Below the pieces are notes generated by a model, which was not told the origin of the DNA, did no database searches, and saw only the letters and a program-made list of their open reading frames with translations. Position numbers and translations under genes: made by a program. From Eledone cirrhosa (Eukaryota), in contig OZ024743.1 of assembly GCA_964016885.1 (NCBI GenBank), positions 204,724,001 to 204,788,000 of the forward strand: 64,000 bases of DNA. The letters run 5' to 3'. Below, piece after piece: positions 1-12,213 of the stretch; within the stretch, counting starts at the first letter, position 1; the number at the start of each line of letters is the position of its first letter.

Positions 1-3000
1 AAAGAAACATTAAAACACCATTTAAAAAACCCATTAAAAAACCATTAAAAAAAATCCATTTAAAAAATCCATTAAAAAAATCCATTAAAAATCCATAAAA
101 ACCCATTAAAAATCCATTAAAAATCCATTAAAAATCCATTAAAAATCCATTAAAAAATCCATTAAAAAAATCAATTAAAAAAATCCATTAAAAAAATCCA
201 TTTAAAAAATCCATTAAAAAAATCCATTAAAAAAATCCATTAAAAAAAATCCATTAAAAAAAATCCATTAAAAAAAATCCGTTAAAAAAAATCCATTAAA
301 AACTCAATCAAAAACCCAATTAAAAGGCCATAAAAGAAACTTTAAAATACCATTAAAAACGCCATAAAAAACATTAAAATCCCATTAAAAATACATTAAA
401 GGCCCATTAAAAATTCCACTAAAAACCTCATTGAAAACCCCATTTAAAACCTAATTAGAAGCTCATAAAAACTCCCAAAACCCAATAAAAAACCATTAAA
501 ACGTCATTAAAACGTCATAAAACGCTATTAAAACGTCATTAAAAATGTTATTAAAAACTCCATTGATAACTCAATTAAAAACTGCATTTTACCCCCCTCC
601 TCCCCCATTAAAAACACATTAAACACTCCATTAAAATTACCATTAAAAACCAATTAAATACTCCATTAAACACTATATTAAAACCGCAATTATAAATTCT
701 TTAAAAATCCAATTAAAAAACATATTATAAACTCCATTAAAAATCCAATTAAAAACCCTACTGAAAATCCCATTATAAAATTACATAAAAACCCATAATA
801 ATAGTCCTTTAAAAAACCAATTAAAAATCCTATTAAAACGCCATAAAAAACACCATTAAAACGTCATTAAAAATACAATTAAAAACACCATTAAAAACTA
901 CATTGCAAATTCCATTAAAAGACCCATTAAAAACTCCATTAAAAACACCACTAAAAAGCCCATTAAAAAGCTTATAAAACCCATTAAAATACAATCAATA
1001 ACCAATTAACACTCCATTAAAAACCATTACAACCGTCATTAAAATGCCATAAAATACCATTAAAACGCCATTAAGAACGCCATTAAAATCGTCATTAAAA
1101 ACCTCATTAAAAACTACATTAAAACTTCATTAAAATCTCCATTAAAACCTCCATTATAAACTCTATTAAACTCCATTAAAACTCAATTAAATCCCCCATT
1201 AAACCCCCATTAAGCCCCATTAAAAGCCCCTGAAAAATGCAACTAAAAACCAATTTTAAAACCCCATTAAAACACAATTAAAAGTCCATTGGAAACCCCA
1301 TTAAAATTCCATTAAAAATTCATTAAAAACTTAGTAAAAACTCGATTTTATACTCAATTAAAAAGGTAATTGAAAACTCAATTAGCACACCATTAAAAAC
1401 TCATTAAAAAGCCCATAAAAACTCCATAAAAAATCTAATTGAAAAACATTAAAAATTCAGTTAAAAACCTGATTGAAAACCCCAATAAAAGTTCATTAAA
1501 AAAACTCCATTAAAAAATCAATCAAAACCCCATTAAAATAACATTGAAACTTATCGAAGCGTCATTAAGGATACCATTAAAAAACACCATTAAAACGGCA
1601 TTGAAAACCCATTATAAAAAATTAAAGGGTCCGTAAAAAACACCATTATAAATCCATTAAAAACCTAATTGAAAAACCCATTAAAACTCAATTTTTAAAC
1701 TAGATTAAAAACGCAATTAAAAGCTCAATGAAAAACCATTAAAAACACCATTAAAAACTCTTTAAAAAAGAGCACTAGCCATTAAAACTCCATTAAAACC
1801 CATTGAAACCTACTACCCCCATTAAACCCCATTAAAATTGCATTAAACACATTACACATCCATTAAAGCCCATTAGAAGGACCATCAAATATTTAAATTT
1901 AAACTAAATCAGAAACTCGCTTAAAACACCATTAAAAACACATTAAAATGTCACTAATACCATTAACAACCACACAAAAAACTCCATTAATATACCATTA
2001 AAAACCGCATTGAAAACCCATAAAATCCCAAGTAAAGATCTTTTAAAAAACTACATTAAAAACCCAATTAAAAAACCCATTAAAACGCCATAAAAGTCAT
2101 TAAAACGTCATTTAAAGTACCATTAAAAACGTCACTAGAAACCCAATTAAAAACACATTAAAAATTCCATTTGAAACCATATTAAAAATTTCATTAAATG
2201 CAATATTGAAAAACCCATTAAAAACACCAGTGAAAACTCATATAAATACTCAATTAAAAAACCAATTAAAAATCCTATTTAAACGTCACTAAAACACCAT
2301 AAAAAACACAATTAAAACGTCATTAAAACACCATTAAAAATTCAATTAAAACCCCATTAAAAATCCATTAAAAAGATCATCATGAACGCACTTAAACACC
2401 ACCAAAAACGCATTAAAAATTAAATTAAAAAGCAATTAATTTTTTTTATCAAACCCCCATTAAAATTCCATTAAACACTCCATTAAAAACAACATTGAAA
2501 ACCCCCATTAAAAGCTCATACAAAATTATATTAAAAACCCAATAAAAAACAATTACAACGCCATTAAAACATCATAAAAACTCATTAAAATGTCATTTAA
2601 AATGCCATTAAAACCCTCACGGGGGGAAACGCAATTAAAAACACCATTAGAAATTTCATTAAAAACTCCATTAAAAATCATATTTAAAGTCAATTAGAAC
2701 CCTTATTATAAATTCCATTAAAACCCATTAAGTATCCAATTGAAAAATCCATTAAGAGCTCATTAAAAATACTCCATTAAAAACCCAATTAAAAATCATT
2801 AAAACGCATTTAAACACCATAAAAACACAATTAAAACGCCATTAAAAACTCCATTAAAACATCCTTGAATCTATTAAAAATTTCATTAAAAACGCAATCA
2901 AAAATTCCATTAAAAACCCATTTAAAAACTCATAAACAACACCATTGAAAACCCAATTAAAAACTCCATAAAAAACCCATTAAACACCATCGAAAATCCC

Positions 3001-3097
3001 ATTAAAACACCATTAAAAAGCCATTAAAATCCAATTTTAAACGCAATTAAAAACTGAATTAAAACACTATTAAAAACTCATAAAAAAGGCTCATAAA

Positions 3098-3560
3098 TAA
3101 TGGGGTTTTCAATTGTTTTTTATGAAATTTATAATATGGCTTTTAATGAACTTTTTAATGGGCTTTTAGTGGAGTTTTTAATGGATTTTTATGGAATTTT
3201 TAATGACATTATTAATGGTTTTTTTAATTGGGCTTTTTGTGATGTTTTAATGGCGTTTTTATGACATTTTATTGTGTTTTGTGGCGTTTTAATGGCGTTT
3301 TAATTGGTTTGTTATTGGGTTTTTAATAGAGTTTTATGAACTTTTAATATGGGGTTAATGGGTTTTGAATGTGTTTTCAATGGAACTTTTAATTGAGTTT
3401 TTAATGAAATTTCTAATGGGATGTGTAATTGAATTTTTAATTGGTTTTTAATGGGTTTAGTGGGTTTATAGTGGAGTTTTTAATGGTGTTTTAATGGTGC
3501 TTCGATTGAGTTTTTAATTGAGTTTTTAATTGAGTTTTTACTGAGTTTTTAATTGAGTTC
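3098..3560 (-). repeat. Same ~10-bp array in reverse orientation (TTTTAATGG), first block (U0 shown; present in every unit)
   Basis: After TCATAAATAA at about 3097 the motif becomes TTTTAATGG/TTTTAATTG and ends in about 4 copies of ATTGAGTTTTTA. Confidence 0.93.
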
Positions 3561-3910
3561 TTATTTTATTTTATTTTATTTATTTTTTATATTTAATTTT
3601 TTTTTATTTTTTTTTATTTTATTTTATTTTTATTTTTTTTATTTTTTTTATTTTATTTTATTTTATTTTATTTATTTTATTTTATTTTATTTATATTTTT
3701 TAGTTTTTTTTATTTTATTTTATTTTATTTTTTTTATTTTATTTTATTTTATTTTATTTTATTTTATTTTATTTTATTTTATTTTATTTTTTATTTTATT
3801 TTATTTTATTTTATTTTATTTTATTTTATTTTATTTTATTTTATTTTATTTTATTTCATTTTATTTTATTTTATTTTATTTTATTTTATTTTATTTTATT
3901 TTATTTTATT
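3561..3910 (+). repeat. (TTTTA)n microsatellite (U0 shown; length varies between units)
   Basis: Imperfect then near-perfect TTTTA pentamer run. It is the source of the FILFY-type ORFs. Confidence 0.97.
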
Positions 3911-3970
3911 GAGTTTTTAATTTAGTTTATAATTTAGTTTATAACTTAGTTTATAATTTAGTTTATTTCT

Positions 3971-4100
3971 CCCTCTTCTCCCCCTACTGTCCTCTACAGC
4001 CAGATCTGCCTTTCTTTACCCCTCCCAAGTCTCTTCCCTCTTCTCCCCCTACTGTCCTCTACAGCCTGATCTGCCTTTCTTTACCCCTCCCTAGTCTCTT
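3971..4100 (+). repeat. 2 x 65-bp pyrimidine-rich tandem duplication (also starting at 10559, 17077, 23176, 29252, 35269, 45705, 51792, 57786, 63910)
   Basis: CCCTCTTCTCCCCCTACTGTCCTCTACAGCC(A/T)GATCTGCCTTTCTTTACCCCTCCC(A/T)AGTCTCTT at 3971-4035 and 4036-4100, with 2 mismatches. Confidence 0.96.
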
Positions 4101-4211
4101 CATTATTCAGTTTTGTTTTTATCTTTCTAAAACATCCTAGTTTTAATGAAATTAAAAGGAAATAGCAATCGCTATAAGTGTGCAAGCCAGCATGTAACTT
4201 CATGTGTGTGT

Positions 4212-4857
4212 GTTTTTAATGGAGTTTTTAATTGAGTTTTAATGGAGTTTTAATTGAGTTTATAATGGAGATTTAAATGGAATTTTTAATTGAGTTTTAA
4301 TGTAGTTTTAATGGTGTTTTATGCCGTTTTAATGGTATTTTAATGGGGTTTTTATTTGGTTTTTTATAAAGTTTTGGGTGCACTTTTAATGGGGGTTTAA
4401 TGGGTTTTCAGTGTAGTTTTTAATGACATTTTTAATGGTTTTCCAATGGAACCTTAGTGGTGTGTTAATGCAATTTTAATTGGTTTAATGGGCTTTTAAT
4501 TGTGTTTTTAATGGTGTTTTAATTGAGTTTTTAATTGCGTTTTAATTGAGTTTTTATTTCGGTTTAAATTTGAGGTTTTAATGTCTTTTCGAGGGGGGGT
4601 TAATGGGGGTTTTAATGGAGTTTTAATGGGGACTTTTAATGGAAACTTTAATTTTGTTTTAATTGGGTTTTTATGGGTTTCCAATGTGGTTTTTAATGGC
4701 GCTTTTATTGGCATTCTTAATGATGTTTTAATTGTGTTTTAATGGGGGGTTTGGTTGGGGTTTTAATGGAGTGTTTTATGAGCTTATAATGGGGTTTTTA
4801 ATGGGTTTTTCAAAATAGATTTTTAATTGAATTTTTAATGTGGTTTTTAATGGGATT

Positions 4858-4858
<1 letters not shown>
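4212..4858 (-). repeat. Reverse-orientation ~10-bp array, second block (U0 shown; present in every complete unit)
   Basis: TTTTAATGG variants running from the short (TG)n at about 4203 to ...TTTTTAATGGGATTT, followed by (AT)n. Confidence 0.93.
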
Positions 4859-4928
<70 letters not shown>

Positions 4929-4993
4929 GTGTGTGTGTATATATATATATATATAGTGTGTATGTATATATATATATATATATAGTGTGTGCG

Positions 4994-5023
<30 letters not shown>

Positions 5024-5025
<2 letters not shown>

Positions 5026-5413
5026 ACACAAATATTAGCATATACATATTTTCTTAGTAATTGAGGATGTGTTTTTTATACATACATATGCATATTGCAT
5101 CCATACATACACACATACAAGCCTATACATACACATACACACACATATATATACACACACTGTATATATATACATACACACACACACATATATATATATA
5201 CACCACACACTATATATATATATAGTGTGTGTGTGTATATATATATGTGTGTGTGTGTGTATGTATATATATATACACAGTGTGTGTATATATGTGTGTG
5301 TGTATGTCTATGTATATGCTTGTATGTGTGTATGTATGTATGTATGCAATATGCATATATAAAAACACATCCTCAATGACTAAGAAATTATGTATATGCT
5401 AATATTTGTGTTA
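5024..5413. repeat. ~390-bp near-perfect palindrome, MITE/foldback-like (also 11583-11978, 18104-18493, 24203-24592, 30240-30635, 36233-36628, 46738-47133, 52822-53219, 58825-59222)
   Basis: The left end TAACACAAATATTAGCATATACATATTTTCTTAGTAATTGAGGATGTGTTTTT is the reverse complement (2 mismatches) of the right end AAAAACACATCCTCAATGACTAAGAAATTATGTATATGCTAATATTTGTGTTA. Inner CA-rich and TG-rich arms mirror each other around CACACAC(TA)7GTGTGTG at 5211-5224. Confidence 0.93.
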
Positions 5414-5609
5414 GTGTCTATATAAATGTATGTATGTAGTATATGCAAGTGTTCGTGCAAATTGAAAATAGATTTAATAATTTTAATATCTAGAACAATG
5501 TGATCTAAAAAAAATATTTTTTAAGATACGAATATATCGTTGTCAGCTTAATATGGCACTAACGCAAAATATAAATCCCAGTTTATATATAGTGTGTAAC
5601 ATGAAAGTG

Positions 5610-5611
<2 letters not shown>

Positions 5612-5646
<35 letters not shown>

Positions 5647-5767
5647 ATATATATATATATATATATTTAATATATATATATATATATATATATATTTAAT
5701 ATATATATATATATATATATATTTAATATATATATATATATATTTAATATATATATATATATATATA

Positions 5768-5835
<68 letters not shown>

Positions 5836-6000
5836 ATATATGTATATATATATATATATATATATTTAATACACATATATATGTGTAAATATATATATAC
5901 ACATATATATGTGTAAATATATATATACACATATATATATACACATATATATGTGTAAATATATATATATACATATATATGTATGTATGTATATATATAT
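5612..6000. repeat. Compound microsatellite: (TA)n runs interrupted by TTTAA every ~20-30 bp, then TACACATATATATGTGTA palindromic repeats (U0 shown; present in every complete unit)
   Basis: Directly visible; the number and length of sub-blocks vary between units. Confidence 0.96.
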
Positions 6001-9000
6001 AAACACCATTAAAAACTCCATTGAAAAGCTCATAAAAACTCATTAAAAACCCAATAAAAAGCACACTAAACCACCATTAAAAGCTACATCCGAAACCCAT
6101 TAAAAACTATATTAAAACACCATTAAAATTCCATTAAAAACCACATTAAAATCCATTAAAAATCCAATTAAAAACAGTAAAAACTTAATTGTAAACGTAA
6201 TCGAAAGCGCAAGTAAAACAACATTAAAACCATTTAACACCCCATTAAAACCCACAAAAATACCACCAGAACCCATTAAAATCCCATAACCGCCATTAAA
6301 ATGCCATTAAAAATATTATCAAAAACTTCATTTAAAACACACTGGAAACCCATTAAACTTCATAAAAAAATCCATTAAAAAAAATCCATTGAAAAAAATC
6401 CATTAAAAAAAAATCCATTAAAAAAAATCCATTAAAAAAAATCCGTTAAAAAAAATCCATTAAAAAACTCAATCAAAAACCCAATTAAAAGGCCATAAAA
6501 GAAACATTAAAACACCATTTAAAAAACCCATTAAAAAACAATAAAAAAAAACATTTAAAAAATCCATTAAAAAAATCCATTAAAAAACCATTAAAAATCC
6601 ATTAAAAATCCATTAAAAATCCATTAAAAATCCATTAAAAATCCATTAAAAATCCATTAGAAAATCCATTTAAAAAAATCCATTAAAAAAATCCATTAAA
6701 AAAATCCATTTAAAAAATCCACTAAAAAAATCCATTAAAAAAAATCCATTAAAAAAAATCCATTAAAAAAAATCCATTAAAAAAAAATCCGTTAAAAAAA
6801 ATCCATTAAAAACTCAATCAAAAACCCAATTAAAAGGCCAGAAAAGAAACATTAAAACAGCATTTAAAATACCATTAAAAACGCCATAAAAAACATTAAA
6901 ATCCCATTAAAAATACATTAAAGGCCCATTAAAAATTCCACTAAAAACCTCATTGAAAACCCCATTTAAAACCTAATTAGAAGCTCATAAAAACTCCCAA
7001 AACCCAATAAAAAAACCATTAAAACGTCATTAAAACGTCATAAAACGCTATTAAAACGTCATTAAAAATGTCATTAAAAACTCCATTGATAACTCAATTA
7101 AAAACTGCATTTTACCCCCCTCCTCCCCCATTAAAAACACATTAAACACTCCATTAAAATTACCATTAAAAACCAATTAAATACTCCATTAAACACTATA
7201 TTAAAACCGCAATTATAAATTCTTTAAAAATCCAATTAAAAACCATATTATAAACTCCATTAAAAATCCAATTAAAAACCCTACTGAAAATCCCATTATA
7301 AAATTACATAAAAAACCCATAATAATAGTCCTTTAAAAAACCAATTAAAAATCCTATTAAAACGCCATAAAAAACACCATTAAAACGTCATTAAAAATAC
7401 AATTAAAAACACCATTAAAAACTACATTGCAAATTCCATTAAAAGACCCATTAAAAACTCCATTAAAAGCACCACTAAAAAGTCCATTAAAAAGCTCATA
7501 AAACCCATTAAAATACAATTAATAACCAATTAACACTCCATTAAAAACCATTACAACAGTCATTAAAATGCCATAAAATACCATTAAAACGCCATTAAGA
7601 ACGCCATTAAAATCGTCATTAAAAACCTCATTAAAAACTACATTAAAACTTCATTAAAAACTCCATTAAAACCTCCATTATAAACTCTATTAAACTCCAT
7701 TAAAAACTCAATTAAATCCCCCATTAAACCCCCATTAAGCCCCATTAAAAGCCCCTGAAAATGCAACTAAAAACCAATTTTAAAACCCCATTAAAACACA
7801 ATTAAAAGTCCATTGGAAACCCCATTAAAATTCCATTAAAAATTCATTAAAAACTTAGTAAAAACTCGATTTTATACTCAATTAAAAAGGTAATTGAAAA
7901 CTCAATTAGCACACCATTAAAAACTCATTAAAAAGCCCATAAAAACTCCATAAAAAATCTAATTGAAAAACATTAAAAATTCAGTTAAAAACCTGATTGA
8001 AAACCCCAATAAAAGTTCATTAAAAAAACTCCATTAAAAAATCAATCAAAACCCCATTAAAATAACATTGAAACTTATCGAAGCGTCATTAAGGATACCA
8101 TTAAAAAACACCATTAAAACGGCATTGAAAACCCATTATAAAAAATTAAAGGGTCCGTAAAAAACACCATTATAAATCCATTAAAAACCTAATTGAAAAA
8201 CCCATTAAAACTCAATTTTTAAACTAGATTAAAAACGCAATTAAAAACGCAATTAAAAGCTCAATGAAAAACCATTAAAAACACCATTAAAAACTCTAAA
8301 AAAAAAGAGCACTAGCCATTAAAACTCCATTAAAACCCATTGAAACCTACTACCCCCATTAAACCCCATTAAAATTGCATTAAACACATTACACATCCAT
8401 TAAAGCCCATTAGAAGGACCATCAAATATTTAAATTTATACTAAATCAGAAACTCGCTTAAAACACCATTAAAAACACATTAAAATGTCACTAATACCAT
8501 TAACAACCACACCAAAAACTCCATTAATATACCATTAAAAACCGCATTGAAAACCCATAAAATCCCAAGTAAAGATCTTTTAAAAAACTACATTAAAAAC
8601 CCAATTAAAAAACCCATTAAAACGCCATAAAAGTCATTAAAACGTCATTTAAAGTACCATTAAAAACGTCACTAGAAACCCAATTAAAAATACATTAAAA
8701 ATTCCATTTGAAACCATATTAAAAATTTCATTAAATGCAATATTGAAAAACCCATTAAAAACACCAGTGAAAACTCATATAAATACTCAATTAAAAAACC
8801 AATTAAAAATCCTATTTAAACGTCACTAAAACACCATAATAAACACAATTAAAACGTCATAAAAACACCATTAAACTATCATTAAAAATTACATTGAAAA
8901 CACCATTAAAAATTCAATTAAAACCCCATTAAAAATCCATTAAAAAGATCATCATGAACGCACTTAAACACCATCAAAAACGCATTAAAAATTAAATTAA

Positions 9001-9688
9001 AAAGCAATTAATTTTTTTATCAAACCCCCATTAAAATTCCATTAAACACTCCATTAAAAACAACATTGAAAACCCCCATTAAAAGCTCATACAAAATTAT
9101 ATTAAAAACCCAATAAAAAACAATTACAACGCCATTAAAACATCATAAAAACTCATTAAAATGTCATTTAAAATGCCATTAAAACCCTCACGGGGGGAAA
9201 CGCAATTAAAAACACCATTAGAAATTTCATTAAAAACTCCATTAAAAATCATATTTAAAGTCAATTAGAACCCTTATTATAAATTCCATTAAAACCCATT
9301 AAGTATCCAATTGAAAAATCCATTAAGAGCTCATTAAAAATACTCCATTAAAAACTCAATTAAAAATCATTAAAACGCATTTAAACACCATAAAAACACA
9401 ATTAAAACGCCATTAAAAAGACCATTAAAAACTCCATTAAAACATCCTTGAATCTATTAAAAATTTCATTAAAAACGCAATCAAAAATTCCATTAAAAAC
9501 CCATTTAAAACTCATAAACAACACCATTGAAAACCCAATTAAAAACTCCATAAAAAACCCATTAAACACCATCGAAAATCCCATTAAAATTCCATTAAAA
9601 CACCATTAAAAAGCCATTAAAACCCAATTTTAAACGCAATTAAAAACTGAATTAAAACACTATTAAAAACTCATAAAAAAGGCTCATA
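6001..9688 (+). repeat. Degenerate ~10-bp array, consensus (C/T)C(C/A)ATTAAAA(A), forward arm (U1 shown; present in every unit)
   Basis: Hundreds of CCATTAAAA, CAATTAAAA and TCATTAAAA variants at 9-12 bp spacing; the strand is strongly G-poor. Confidence 0.95.
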
Positions 9689-11448
9689 AATAATGGGGTT
9701 TTCAATTGTTTTTTATGAAATTTATAATATGGCTTTTAATGAACTTTTTAATGGGCTTTTAGTGGAGTTTTTAATGGATTTTTATGGAATTTTTAATGGC
9801 ATTATTAATGGTTTTTTAATTGGGCTTTTTGTGATGTTTTAATGGCGTTTTTATGACATTTTATTGTGTTTTGTGGCGTTTTAATGGCGTTTTAATTGGT
9901 TTGTTATTGGGTTTTTAATAGAGTTTTATGAACTTTTAATATGGGGTTAATGGGTTTTGAATGTGTTTTCAATGGAACTTTTAATTGAGTTTTTAATGAA
10001 ATTTCTAATGGGATGTGTAATTGAATTTTTAATTGGTTTTTAATGGGTTTAGTGGGTTTATAGTGGAGTTTTTAATGGTGTTTTAATGGTGCTTCGATTG
10101 AGTTTTTAATTGAGTTTTTAATTGAGTTTTTACTGAGTTTTTAATTGAGTTCTTATTTTATTTTATTTTATTTATTTTTTATATTTAATTTTTTTTTATT
10201 TTTTTTATTTTATTTTATTTTTATTTATTTTATTTTATTTTATTTTATTTTATTTTATTTTATTTATTTTATTTTATTTTATTTATATTTTTTAGTTTTT
10301 TTTATTTTATTTTATTTTATTTTTTTTTATTTTATTTTATTTTATTTTATTTTATTTTATTTTATTTTATTTTATTTTATTTTATTTTATTTTATTTTAT
10401 TTTTTATTTTATTTTATTTTATTTTATTTTATTTTATTTTATTTTATTTTATTTTATTTTATTTTATTTTATTTTATTTTATTTTATTTTATTTTATTGA
10501 GTTTTTAATTTAGTTTATAATTTAGTTTATAACTTAGTTTATAATTTAGTTTATTTCTCCCTCTTCTCCCCCTACTGTCCTCTACAGCCAGATCTGCCTT
10601 TCTTTACCCCTCCCAAGTCTCTTCCCTCTTCTCCCCCTACTGTCCTCTACAGCCTGATCTGCCTTTCTTTACCCCTCCCTAGTCTCTTCATTATTCAGTT
10701 TTGTTTTTATCTTTCTAAAACATCCTAGTTTTAATGAAATTAAAAGGAAATAGCAATCGCTATAAGTGTGCAAGCCAGCATGTAACTTCATGTGTGTGTG
10801 TTTTTAATGGAGTTTTTAATTGAGTTTTAATGGAGTTTTAATTGAGTTTATAATGGAGATTTAAATGGAATTTTTAATTGAGTTTTAATGTAGTTTTAAT
10901 GGTGTTTTATGCCGTTTTAATGGTATTTTAATGGGGTTTTTATTTGGTTTTTTATAAAGTTTTGGGTGCGCTTTTAATAGGGGTTTAATGGGTTTTCAGT
11001 GTAGTTTTTAATGACATTTTTAATGGTTTTCCAATGGAACCTTAGTGGTGTGTTAATGCAATTTTAATTGGTTTAATGGGCTTTTAATTGTGTTTTTAAT
11101 GGTGTTTTAATTGAGTTTTTAATTGCGTTTTTATTGAGTTTTTATTTCGGTTTAAATTTGAGGTTTTAATGTCTTTTCGAGGGGGGGGGGTTAATGGGGG
11201 TTTTAATGGAGTTTTAATGGGGACTTTTAATGGAAACTTTAATTTTGTTTTAATTGGGTTTTTATGGGTTTCCAATGTGGTTTTTAATGGCGCTTTTATT
11301 GGCATTCTTAATGATGTTTTAATTGTGTTTTAATGGGGGGTTTGGTTGGGGTTTTAATGGAGTGTTTTATGAGCTTATAATGGGGTTTTTAATGGGTTTT
11401 TCAAAATAGATTTTTAATTGAATTTTGAATGTGGTTTTTAATGGGATT

Positions 11449-11480
<32 letters not shown>

Positions 11481-11550
11481 ATATATAGTGTGTGTGTATA
11501 TATATATATATAGTGTGTATGTATATATATATATATATATAGTGTGTGCG

Positions 11551-11584
<34 letters not shown>

Positions 11585-12174
11585 ACACAAATATTAGCAT
11601 ATACATATTTTCTTAGTAATTGAGGATGTGTTTTTTATACATACATATGCATATTGCATCCATACATACACACATACAAGCATATACATACACATACACA
11701 CACATATATATACACACACTGTATATATATACATACACACACACACATATATATATATACACCACACACTATATATATATATAGTGTGTGTGTGTATATA
11801 TATATGTGTGTGTGTGTGTATGTATATATATATATACAGTGTGTGTATATATGTGTGTGTGTATGTCAATGTATATGCTTGTATGTGTGTATGTATGTAT
11901 GTATGCAATATGTATATGTATGTATAAAAACACATCCTCAATGACTAAGGAATTATGTATATGCTAATATTTGTGTTAGTGTCTATATAAATGTATGTAT
12001 GTAGTATATGCAAGTGTTCGTGCAAATTGAAAATAGATTTAATAATTTTAATATCTAGAACAATGTGATCTAAAAAAAATATTTTTTAAGATACGAATAT
12101 ATCGTTGTCACCTTAATATGGCACTAACGCAAAATATAAATCCCAGTTTATATATAGTGTGTAACATGAAAGTG

Positions 12175-12213
<39 letters not shown>

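Larger units (their letters stand above)
1..6000 (+). repeat. Macrosatellite unit U0 (5' part cut by window edge; long variant)
   Basis: Begins inside the (A5-8TCCATT)n block and contains all downstream modules. Confidence 0.95.

Noticed and set aside
2613-2632. CCCTCACGGGGGGAAACG as a CENP-B box
   Set aside because: Does not fit TTCG-N4-A-N2-CGGG.
1-3090. CRISPR array or telomeric repeat
   Set aside because: No constant repeat with unique spacers and no cas genes. The motif is too degenerate, switches strand and matches no TTAGG/TTAGGG-type unit.
3553-3912. FILFY-rich ORFs in most units
   Set aside because: Translation of (TTTTA)n from a TTG start; frames and lengths differ between units.
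4110-4145. CTAG|T as a Helitron 3' end
   Set aside because: No GC-rich subterminal hairpin and no matching 5' TC end identified.
4508-4714. Recurrent 68-aa MPIKAPLKTT... ORF
   Set aside because: Translation of the 10-bp array. It recurs only because the unit is repeated, is altered by a deletion in U4, is absent from the ORF track in U7, and has no domain signature.
5414-5611. tRNA/SINE or Pol III gene in the unique spacer (GTTCGTGC, TGGCACTAA)
   Set aside because: The box-like motifs are imperfect and in the wrong order, and there is no cloverleaf.
4810-6064. IYIY/HTHT/CVCV ORFs
   Set aside because: Stop-free frames of TA/CA/TG microsatellites.
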